The notes beneath the pieces were generated by a model, which worked only from the letters and a program-made list of their open reading frames with translations, was not told the origin of the DNA and made no database searches. From NCBI GenBank assembly GCA_964522695.1, contig CAZFWX010000002.1:1-60585 (forward strand): DNA of 60,585 nt, written 5' to 3'. The stretch comes from an uncultured Desulfobacterales bacterium. GTDB lineage: Bacteria; Desulfobacterota; Desulfobaccia; Desulfobaccales; 0-14-0-80-60-11. A program made the translations under genes and the position numbers. Shown here piece after piece: positions 7,814 to 15,277 of this stretch. The first letter of the stretch is position 1. Each line of letters opens with the position of its first letter.

Positions 7814-8395
7814 ATGGCAGCCATGAGCCGGCGTATGCTCTATTTCGGTCCCAGCATGAATCCCACCCTCCGCCCGGGGGACGACCTTGTCATCGCGCCC
7901 TGTGCCGGCCGCGAGGTCCGGGTGGGGGACGTGGTGGTCTTTGCCCACCCCCACAATCCTGGAGAACGTGTGGTCCACCGGGTGGCGGCAGTGGAGGAAA
8001 AGGGCCTGCGGACCCGGGGAGACAATTGCCCGGCTGCCGATCCCTGGCTGGTGGAGCCTGATACGATCATCGGCTATGTGGCCGCGGTGCGGCGGGGCGG
8101 CCGCACCTTGCCGGTCCGGCAAGGGGTGATGGGGAAAATTCACGTCTTTCAGACATTCAGGCGCCTGGATGAAATGATCTCCGCCTGGCTCCGGCCCCTC
8201 TACCGCCGCCTGGCGGCCACAACCCCTCTCAAAGGCTGGCTTCATCCCCGCCTTCTGGTTTTTGAGCGCGCCGGCGGCCGGGAGTGTCAGCTCTGGCTGG
8301 GTCCGTGGCTCATCGGCCGCCGCCTCCCCCACGGGGACGGCTGGCAGATCAAGCGCCCCTTCCGCCTCTTTGTAGATGAAACTGAGTTGCCGTGA
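7814..8395 (+). CDS. S26-family signal-peptidase-like protease, ER/archaeal (SipW/Sec11) type, without a TM segment
   Basis: 193 aa with FGPSMNPTL (Ser box), VVHRV (His where bacterial SPase I has the catalytic Lys) and TRGDNCPAADP (GDN box). I see no hydrophobic anchor. Confidence 0.75.
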   Translation: MAAMSRRMLYFGPSMNPTLRPGDDLVIAPCAGREVRVGDVVVFAHPHNPGERVVHRVAAVEEKGLRTRGDNCPAADPWLVEPDTIIGYVAAVRRGGRTLPVRQGVMGKIHVFQTFRRLDEMISAWLRPLYRRLAATTPLKGWLHPRLLVFERAGGRECQLWLGPWLIGRRLPHGDGWQIKRPFRLFVDETELP

Positions 8396-8477
8396 GGCTG
8401 CCGCAGACCCGTAGCCACTGGCTTATCCGCCCAACTGGGAAAGCCCGGTGGGGCAGGTCTCCGTGCCCGCCGTCTTT

Positions 8478-8502
8478 GGTGGCACAGGCTTCCAGCCTGG
8501 GC
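8478..8502 (-). repeat. REP-like unit, family CACAGGCT-GGAA-AGCCTGTGCCACC (reverse orientation)
   Basis: GGTGGCACAGGCTTCCAGCCTGGGC. Related copies are at 11405-11456, 11704-11730, 22222-22247, 30785-30810, 46084-46109 and 55808-55833. Confidence 0.7.
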
Positions 8503-8590
8503 ATCGGACCGGCAAGAGGCTGTGGTGTGAGCAAAATATCTTCAAGCAGCGCTGTCCGGCAAGGATTATGCTTGAAACCCGGTTTTTAAG

Positions 8591-8626
8591 CCCCCTCCCC
8601 ACGGTGGGAGGGGGTTGGGGGAGGGG
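8591..8626. repeat. G-rich hairpin unit (solo copy)
   Basis: CCCCCTCCCCACGGTGGGAGGGGGTTGGGGGAGGGG has the same architecture (C-run/loop/G-run hairpin plus a G-rich tail) as the units at 12.9, 15.1, 28.3, 34.7, 35.8, 38.5 and 57.9 kb. Confidence 0.75.
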
Positions 8627-8776
8627 ACAGGAGGAGTGCACGCTTCCCTTTCCGGAAATAGGCGGGAGATGCTCAGCATTGTCATTCAGGCCCCGGACAT
8701 CAGGGTTTAAGGGCGATGGGCTGTCCCAAAGATGCCTTGAGCAAATATCGGGCCGGACAGCACTGATCTTCAAGAC

Positions 8777-8813
8777 AAAAAAAGGGCGCCGGAATCATCT
8801 GGCCCCGGCGCCC
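8777..8813 (-). terminator. Rho-independent terminator of the small minus-strand gene 8834..9046
   Basis: On the minus strand, GGGCGCCGG, a 12-nt loop and CCGGCGCCC are followed by TTTTTTT (plus-strand A-run 8777-8783). It lies about 20 nt after the stop. Confidence 0.6.
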
Positions 8814-8833
8814 TCGAGAAGACCGGCAGTTTA

Positions 8834-9046
8834 TTAGGACAGGGCTACAGGCTCATAATAGGCGACCCCGTCGCCCCACCAGCTCAGCTTGTAATTCTCC
8901 CCTTTGAAGTGCAGACCGGGGCGGACGTACAAAATCACCCTTTCCACCAAACGCCCGTGAAAGGGGTGGGAAAAGACCGCGGTGACGATTTCATTGGGAG
9001 CGACCTGCTCTGTGTTTGTCATATCCGTGCCGTACTCGTTTAACAC
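8834..9046 (-). CDS. Small hypothetical protein (70 aa)
   Basis: GTG start with GGAGGA 8 nt upstream and a terminator directly downstream. No family recognised. Confidence 0.5.
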   Translation of the reverse strand: MLNEYGTDMTNTEQVAPNEIVTAVFSHPFHGRLVERVILYVRPGLHFKGENYKLSWWGDGVAYYEPVALS

Positions 9047-9251
9047 CTGGTATATCCTCCACTTGCCAAACCTGTTTTTCCCGGCCCTGGGGTCAGAAAT
9101 TTCTTTTTCCCGGGCTGCGCGGGATGGTCTGGAAATTCATGAATTACCTTCTTTCCATTCATTGTAGTTATAAAATTGCTAATGTCAATAAAGCCGGAAA
9201 TTACCTCCGGCGTCTCCCCAGAAGGGGCGGAAGCAGGTATAATGCAGCACC

Positions 9252-11363
9252 ATGCAGCCCGGCCCCACGGACATTTTACTGCGCATCGACAATCTGACGG
9301 TCCATTACGGCGCGGCCCAGGCACTCTTTGGGGTGGATCTGGCCGTGCGCCGGGGGGAGACGGTGGCTCTCGTGGGGGCCAACGGCGCGGGCAAGACCAG
9401 CCTGCTCAAGGCCGTCATGGGGCTGCTCAAACCCAGCGGCGGGCGCATCAGCTTCGACGGCCGGGACGTCACCGGCTCCACCGCCGCCGCCATGGCCGGC
9501 CGGGGGGTGGCCCTGGCCCCGGAAGGCCGGGAAATGTTCGGCGATCTCTCCGTCCGGGAGAACCTGGAATTGGGCGCCCTGGCTCTCTCCCCCGGCCGCC
9601 GGGAAATGGCCCGCCGGCTGGAAGAAGTCCTGGGGCGCTTTCCCAAGCTAAGGGACCGACTCTCCCAGCGCACCGCCACGCTCTCCGGCGGCGAGCAGCA
9701 GATGGTGGCCATCGGCCGGGCCTTAATGGCCGGGCCCCGCCTGTTGCTCCTGGACGAGCCCAGTCTGGGCCTCGCGCCCTTGATCACCGACGAAATCTTT
9801 GACATCATTCATCAGCTCTCACGCTCCGGGGTAACGATCCTCCTGGTGGAGCAAAACGCCGCCCGGGCCCTCACCGCTTCGACCTCGGCCTATCTCCTGG
9901 CCAACGGCCGGATCGTCGGCGCGGGACTGAGCGGCAAGCTCCTGGTGGACCCGGAACTGCGCCGGGCCTTTTTGGGCGCCGCCTCTGACAACAACCCGGC
10001 CGCCAGCCGCCTGGGCGCGGCGGGCCTCACCAATATCCGACTGGAAAAGCCCATGACTACGCCGAAAACCTTCATGCCCCCTTTCACGACCGGGGAAGAA
10101 TTGCAGGCCCACCAGGTGCAGGGCCTCCAATGGACCGTGCGCCACGCCTATGAGGGCTCGAGCTTCTACCGGGCCAAGCTGGATGAGGCAGGCGTCACGC
10201 CCGGGGACATCCGTTCCCTTGCGGACCTGGCCAAACTCCCCCTTACCACCCCCGAGGACCTGCGGGACGGCTACCCCTTTCCGTTCCGGGCCGTGCCGTA
10301 TGAGCAGATCGTGCGCATCCACGCCTCCTCCGGCACCACCGGCAAGCGGAAAATTTTGGGTTACACGCAAAAGGACCTGGACGACTGGGCCCATTTCTTC
10401 GCCCGCTGCTACGAAATGGCCGGCGTCACCACTCTGGACCGGGTGCAGATCGCCGTGGGCTATGGCGTGTGGACCGCGGGCGTGGGCTTCCAGTTGGGCG
10501 CGGAAAAACTGGGCGCCCTGGTGATCCCCGTGGGCCCGGGCAACCTGGATATGCACTGCGAATTCTTCCTGGATTTGCAGCCCACGGTCTTTTGCTGCAC
10601 CGCGTCCATGGGCCTGCTCATGGCCGAAGAGATCCACAAGCGGGGCATCGCCCACAAGATCAATATCAAAAAGATCATTTACGGCTCGGAGCGCTCCAGC
10701 GTCTCCATGCGCAAAAAGATCGCCGACCTCTTCGGCGGCGTGGAACTCTTCGACATCGTCGGCATGACCGAACTCTACGGCCCGGGCACCGGCATCGAGT
10801 GTCCTCACCACGACTGCATCCACTACTGGGGCGACTACTACATCCTGGAAATCCTGGACCCCGACACCTTGACGCCCCTGCCCGACGGCGAGTGGGGCGA
10901 GATGGTGGTGACCACGCTCACGAAGCAAGCCGCGCCCCTGATCCGCTACCGCACCCACGACATCACCCGCATCATCCCGGCCCCCTGCACCTGCGGCACG
11001 GTGCTCCCCCGGCATTCGCGCCTTCGGGGCCGCACCGACGACATGTTCAAGTTCCGGGGCGTCAACATTTACCCCTCCTCAATCGACCGGCTGCTCTCCG
11101 AGGTCCCCGGCCTGGGCTCCGAATACCAGGTGCATCTCACCCGGGATGCGGCGGGCCGGGACCACATGCTGCTCAAAGTGGAGCGGGGCGAGGGCGTGGA
11201 GCCCCGCCGGGCCGACGAACTGACCCGGGAGATCATCTACGTTATCAAACACAAACTCCTGGTCACCCCCACCGTGGAGGTGACGGCCTACGGGGATCTG
11301 CCCCGCTCGGAGCGCAAAAGCAAAAGGGTCTTTGACACGCGCATCACCGATTCGGTGGTGTAG
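9252..11363 (+). CDS. In-frame fusion ORF: LivF-type branched-chain amino acid ABC ATPase (aa 1-242) + linker + phenylacetate-CoA ligase PaaK (from aa 268)
   Basis: The N-terminal part has GANGAGKTS (Walker A), LSGGEQQM and LLLLDEP, and ends in ...ELRRAFLGA like LivF. There is no stop codon. After a 25-aa linker, MTTPKTF...SSGTTGKRK...RSERKSKRVFD is typical of PaaK. An internal ATG is at 10053. Confidence 0.8.
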   Translation: MQPGPTDILLRIDNLTVHYGAAQALFGVDLAVRRGETVALVGANGAGKTSLLKAVMGLLKPSGGRISFDGRDVTGSTAAAMAGRGVALAPEGREMFGDLSVRENLELGALALSPGRREMARRLEEVLGRFPKLRDRLSQRTATLSGGEQQMVAIGRALMAGPRLLLLDEPSLGLAPLITDEIFDIIHQLSRSGVTILLVEQNAARALTASTSAYLLANGRIVGAGLSGKLLVDPELRRAFLGAASDNNPAASRLGAAGLTNIRLEKPMTTPKTFMPPFTTGEELQAHQVQGLQWTVRHAYEGSSFYRAKLDEAGVTPGDIRSLADLAKLPLTTPEDLRDGYPFPFRAVPYEQIVRIHASSGTTGKRKILGYTQKDLDDWAHFFARCYEMAGVTTLDRVQIAVGYGVWTAGVGFQLGAEKLGALVIPVGPGNLDMHCEFFLDLQPTVFCCTASMGLLMAEEIHKRGIAHKINIKKIIYGSERSSVSMRKKIADLFGGVELFDIVGMTELYGPGTGIECPHHDCIHYWGDYYILEILDPDTLTPLPDGEWGEMVVTTLTKQAAPLIRYRTHDITRIIPAPCTCGTVLPRHSRLRGRTDDMFKFRGVNIYPSSIDRLLSEVPGLGSEYQVHLTRDAAGRDHMLLKVERGEGVEPRRADELTREIIYVIKHKLLVTPTVEVTAYGDLPRSERKSKRVFDTRITDSVV

Positions 11364-11404
11364 CAAAACGGTGACCAATCTTGTAACTGGTATAGAAAGT
11401 TCCT

Positions 11405-11730
11405 GGTGGCGCCGGCATCTTGCCGGTGCCCGCACAGGCTGGGAGCCTGCGCCACCAAAGGGGCGGCGGTTCTACACTTTCATTGCTTTGGGGTCGTAGG
11501 ATAGGCATGAATACCTGGTTCCCAAGCTCCTGCTTGGGAATACCGTTTTCGCCCACGCCCTGCTTGGGCACATCTTCATAGTCCTGCCAATCTGCTGGAA
11601 CGGCGTGATTCCCTTTGCCAGGCAGCAGCTTGGCGGGCCAGGTGGTTCCCCACCAGGAGCTTGGGACCCAGGCGGCAAGCGACCCACAAAATCTAAAGAT
11701 TCCGGTGGCGTAGGCTTTCCAGCCTGTGCG
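11405..11730. repeat. Mosaic cluster of REP-like palindromic units filling the paaK-downstream intergenic region
   Basis: Units at 11405-11430, 11431-11456 and 11704-11730 belong to the ...CTGTGCCACC family. Units at 11517-11540, 11551-11570 and 11644-11669 belong to the TTCCCAAGC...GCTTGGGAA family. The ORFs called here in the track (e.g. 11344..11838) simply translate these units. Confidence 0.75.
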
Positions 11731-11949
11731 CAACTGCCTCTCTGTCCGGCTCCACGGGAAAGTCACCTGCAAGCCGCGTAAAGGGCTTCTTTTTCCCCCA
11801 TGCCCAACCCTTGAGGAAAATTGACTTTCCCTCCACATTCGTGCTATTTTGCCTCCGGCGAGAAAAATTGGGTTCGAGTGCTCTGGTGCCAGTGGATGCG
11901 ACTCCTGCCTGCCAAATCAAGGAAATCCTCACGACCGGGATGGTGAAAC

Positions 11950-12738
11950 ATGGATGTTATCGACAATCGCCCCCGTCCCCGGTCCAAGAAGGAACAGCTG
12001 GCCGGCAAACGGACCAAGCTGGCCAAGTCGCCCATCACCAAGATTTCTCTCCAACATATGGGGGAGGAGGAACCCGGGAACCAGACTCCGGAAGACATTC
12101 AACCTCTCTCACCACGCTTTCCCCCCGGCAAGACAGGAAAATATTTGCTGGTGTCAGTCCTGGCTCTGGCCATCCTGGCCGTTGTCTTTCTTGCGGTGCG
12201 CCAGCTGTTGCCGGGCCGGGCGGAAAAAGCCGCCGGGGGCAGCACCCAAGCGCTCAGCCAGGAGACAGACTCGCCAGGGTTGGTGATTCGCAGCCGGGAT
12301 GGCGGCCGCGTCTGGGTGGGCGAGCGCCAGGGGATTCTGAGCATCGAGGTGCTGGATAAGGAGGGCAGACCGCGGGTGCTGCTCACCCTCCCGCCGGGCA
12401 AGGAGCCGGAATTCACTCTCCTTGATCAGAGCCGGCAGCCCCGCCTGGCGTTGACCCTGGAACCGGAAAAGAAGCCTTCCGCCAAGCCAAAGGAAAAGTC
12501 AGAATCGGCGGGCCCCCCTGCCCAGGAGACAGCCAAGCCGGAGACCGCCCTTCCCCAAAAGCCTGTTGCTTACGTGGGTGCGGTCACCTCAAACAAATAT
12601 CATTACCCGAATTGCAAATGGGTCAGACTCATCGGCCCCCAGGGCCGGATTACCTTTCAGTCCGTGAAAGAGGCAAAAGAAAAGGGATACATCCCTTGTC
12701 CCACGTGCAAGCCGCCTCTGAATGAGCCTTCTCAGTAA
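11950..12738 (+). CDS. Single-pass membrane protein with a C-terminal Ada-like (sunset-type) Cys4 zinc-binding domain
   Basis: 262 aa with a TM segment (YLLVSVLALAILAVVFLAV). The C-terminus YHYPNCKWVRLI...FQSVKEAKEKGYIPCPTCKP matches the YHxxxC...GYxPCxxC motif. Confidence 0.65.
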   Translation: MDVIDNRPRPRSKKEQLAGKRTKLAKSPITKISLQHMGEEEPGNQTPEDIQPLSPRFPPGKTGKYLLVSVLALAILAVVFLAVRQLLPGRAEKAAGGSTQALSQETDSPGLVIRSRDGGRVWVGERQGILSIEVLDKEGRPRVLLTLPPGKEPEFTLLDQSRQPRLALTLEPEKKPSAKPKEKSESAGPPAQETAKPETALPQKPVAYVGAVTSNKYHYPNCKWVRLIGPQGRITFQSVKEAKEKGYIPCPTCKPPLNEPSQ

Positions 12739-12873
12739 ATTGAGCCCTGCATCTCAGGCCGTTCTGAGAAAGCTAGTGGGTTAAAAAAATATCCCGCGCC
12801 AAGACAGGGTATCTGGGGGATTTTTTTGCGCTTCAGAAAAAATACAAAAATCGTCAGGCCCAATGGGCGTTGT

Positions 12874-12986
12874 CCTCCCTCCCCCTTGATGGGGGAGGGC
12901 TGGGGTGGGGGTGGTTAAATCTCTAAATATTTCTTGATGTTGTAAAAAGTCACCCCCGTCTCCCTCCCGCCAAGGGAGGGCGAGAA
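12874..12986. repeat. Inverted pair of G-rich hairpin units (MITE-like), locus A
   Basis: The left unit (12874-12913) is CCTCCCTCCCCCTTGATGGGGGAGGGCTGGGGTGGGGGTG. The right unit (12951-12986) is its diverged reverse complement. The spacer is AT-rich and 37 nt long. Confidence 0.8.
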
Positions 12987-13251
12987 TAGAGGTCGGAAAA
13001 ACCTGCACGGTGATTCTGAAACGTGACATTATGATCAGGGTATTTTCTGCTGCCTCCCTCATGGCGAGCCCCTGCAATCTTCTGACAAGACCCAGAGACC
13101 TGCCGCAGGCGCCGTTGCTGGCAGAGGCAAAAGGCCGGAGGCGCTAAGGCTTTGCCGCCCTGCGGGCTACGGGCCTGAAGTCGGGTGAGGAGCAAAGCTG
13201 GGCAATAATGCCCCGTTCTAAGCCGGACTGCGATCCAGGCGGGAATTCGCT

Positions 13252-13548
13252 ATGCGTCATCAAGGAAAATTAACCGAAGGGAAAGATGCCCAGGGCTTTG
13301 GGTTCATCACCCCGGAGAGCGGGGGGAGGAAAGTCTTCGTTCACATCAAGTCATTTGTAAACCGGCAGCAAAGGCCGGTTGGCAACGAAATTGTGACGTA
13401 CGAACTCAAGACCGATGCCCATGGAAAAACACGGGCTGAAATTGTTGCTTTTTTGGGCGATCCGTTGCCTTCAGCCACTTTGCCTCGAGTTGGCAATTGT
13501 CCTGCCATATTGAGCATTGCCTTTTTCATTTCATTTCTGTCCGGCTAA
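13252..13548 (+). CDS. Cold-shock-domain protein, apparently truncated (the DUF1294-type membrane tail is missing)
   Basis: GKLTEGKDAQGFGFITPESGGRKVFVHIKSF...RPVGNEIVTYEL is a CSD of the CSD-DUF1294 fusion type. The ORF stops at 98 aa, just after the first hydrophobic stretch. Confidence 0.55.
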   Translation: MRHQGKLTEGKDAQGFGFITPESGGRKVFVHIKSFVNRQQRPVGNEIVTYELKTDAHGKTRAEIVAFLGDPLPSATLPRVGNCPAILSIAFFISFLSG

Positions 13549-13648
13549 GCCAGGGCAAGGGAAAACTGGTTATTAACATTCATATTATCCGGCGCCGAGC
13601 CGGGCAGTTCAAAGAGTTCCTGCACAAAGCAGGTGCGAAACAGCAACT

Positions 13649-13810
13649 GTAGGGCGGGAAAGCATGGCGCATCCCGCCTGCCGTATCATTTTTATTAATG
13701 TCATTCGTTTCGAGTTAAAGATATAAGGATGATGTAATTTCCATCCATTATGATCCTGTAACTCATGGTGCGAGGGAAGAGGCGGGATGTGTTAAAGCTT
13801 TCCCGCCCTG
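13649..13810. repeat. Inverted pair of GGGCGGGAAAGC..CATCCCGCC units flanking about 100 nt of AT-rich DNA
   Basis: GTAGGGCGGGAAAGCATGGCGCATCCCGCCTGC (13649-13681) and GGCGGGATGTGTTAAAGCTTTCCCGCCCTG (13781-13810, opposite orientation). Further copies are at 30835-30864 and 56691-56720. Confidence 0.75.
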
Positions 13811-13853
13811 CATTCAAAGTTATGTAAATCACCTTTAGAAAAGGAGCGGTGAC

Positions 13854-15017
13854 ATGAGATTATTTTTCAGGCTTTTTTTAATCGCAGGAATGTTAATTTT
13901 CCTCAGTGTTCCCGGCCAGGCCGCGGAGCCCATCAAGCTGGGCGCCTTCTTCGCCCTGTCGGGCCCTGCCGCCCACATCGGCACGCCCACCAAGCTGGTG
14001 GCCGAAATGGTGGTGGCCAAGATCAACAAGGAGGGCGGCATCAACGGCCGCCAGATCGAGCTGGTCATGGGCGACACCGAGAGCGACCCGGCCAAAGCCG
14101 CCACCATCGCCAAGAAGTTCATCCATTCGGACAAGGTGGCGGCCATCATCGGTCCCACCACTACGGCTGAGGGCATGAACGTCAAGAAGATCGTGGAGGA
14201 GGCGGGCGTCCCCACCTTCATGTGCGTGGGCGGTGACCCGGTTATCATGGGGGGCGAAAAGCTGGGCTCCTTCAACTATGTCTTCAAATCCCCCCAGCGC
14301 TCCTCCACCGCGGTGAAGAAGCTGTTCGGGTATCTGAAGGACAAGAAGCTCTCCAAGGTAGGCCTGCTCACCGCGTCGGACGCCTTCGGCAAGGACGGCC
14401 TGGTGTGGCTGGAGAAGCTGGCCCCGGACTTCGGCATCACCTTCGTGGCCAAGGAGTCCTTCGGCCCTGCCGACACGGACATGACCGCGCAGCTCACCAA
14501 GATCAAGAACGCCCAGCCCCAGGCCATCGTGGTCTGGACCATCGGCCCGGCCGGTCCCATCATTGCCAAAAATAAGGCCCAGTTGGGCATCAACCTGCCG
14601 CTGTTCCAGTGCCACGGCCAGCCCGATCCCAAGTACATCGAGATCGCCGGCAAGGCTTCGGAAGGCGACCGCATGCCCTCCACCAAGCTCATGGCCGCAG
14701 GTCAGCTGCCGGACAACGACCCCCAGAAGAAGGTGATCCAGGAGTTCATCAAGCTTTACACCGAAGCCAAATATGACAAGCAGTTCCCCATCAACACCCA
14801 TTCGGGCTACGCCTGGGACGCGGTCTACATCGTCACCAACGCCATGAAAACCGCAGGCACGGACTCCAAGGCCCTCAGGGAAGCCATTGAAAAGACCAAG
14901 GGCTACGTGGGCGTCTCCGGGGTCTATAACCTCACCCCGGAAGACCACAACGGCCTGGACGTGGACTCCATGGTCATTGTGCAGGTGAAAGACGGGAAAT
15001 TCGCGCTGGCGGAGTGA
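13854..15017 (+). CDS. Branched-chain amino acid ABC transporter substrate-binding protein (LivK/LivJ family)
   Basis: 387 aa with a signal peptide. PIKLGAFFALSGPAAHIGTP...INGRQIELVMGDTESDP...AAIIGPTTT is typical of periplasmic-binding-protein type 1 (Leu/Ile/Val). Confidence 0.9.
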   Translation: MRLFFRLFLIAGMLIFLSVPGQAAEPIKLGAFFALSGPAAHIGTPTKLVAEMVVAKINKEGGINGRQIELVMGDTESDPAKAATIAKKFIHSDKVAAIIGPTTTAEGMNVKKIVEEAGVPTFMCVGGDPVIMGGEKLGSFNYVFKSPQRSSTAVKKLFGYLKDKKLSKVGLLTASDAFGKDGLVWLEKLAPDFGITFVAKESFGPADTDMTAQLTKIKNAQPQAIVVWTIGPAGPIIAKNKAQLGINLPLFQCHGQPDPKYIEIAGKASEGDRMPSTKLMAAGQLPDNDPQKKVIQEFIKLYTEAKYDKQFPINTHSGYAWDAVYIVTNAMKTAGTDSKALREAIEKTKGYVGVSGVYNLTPEDHNGLDVDSMVIVQVKDGKFALAE

Positions 15018-15071
15018 GGCAGGCCTGGTATTCCGTCTTGGGTATACCGCTCACTGAAGAAACACGGTCTT

Positions 15072-15177
15072 TTCTCCCTCCATCTGGATGGGGGAGGGCC
15101 GGGGTGGGGGTGAAATTTCTGGGGAGAGCTTTACCTTGTCCCCCTCCCCCCAGCCCCTCCAAACTGGGGAGGCGGAG
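15072..15177. repeat. Inverted pair of G-rich hairpin units (MITE-like), locus B
   Basis: The left unit (15072-15112) is ...CTCCCTCCATCTGGATGGGGGAGGGCCGGGGTGGGGGTG. The right unit (15139-15177) is CCCCCTCCCCCCAGCCCCTCCAAACTGGGGAGGCGGAG, in reverse orientation. Confidence 0.8.
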
Positions 15178-15229
15178 TAAATGGACCGGGCATTTGTAAG
15201 CTAAAACCGGAACAGGGTGAATGTTACGA

Positions 15230-15274
15230 GGGGAAGGGCAGGGACCTTGAGGCGGCGCCCTTCCCCTTTTTTTT
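15230..15274 (+). terminator. Rho-independent terminator downstream of the livK-like gene
   Basis: GGGGAAGGGC (15230-15239), a loop and GCCCTTCCCC (15257-15266) are followed by TTTTTTTT (15267-15274). Confidence 0.6.
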
Positions 15275-15277
15275 GCC

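Noticed and set aside
11871-11879. GGTTCGAGT, a T-loop-like motif, considered as a hint of a tRNA or tRNA fragment.
   Set aside because: The flanking bases do not form a T stem or an acceptor stem, and no cloverleaf can be drawn.
12781-13077. Track ORFs made of repeat units (also 8423..8773, 14974..15162, 28000..28260, 34609..34836, 35752..36117 and 11344..11838).
   Set aside because: Their sequences are translations of the palindromic repeats (e.g. ALPHQGGG, SPLPLMGEGWGGG, PKQELGNQ). They have no RBS and lie in intergenic gaps.
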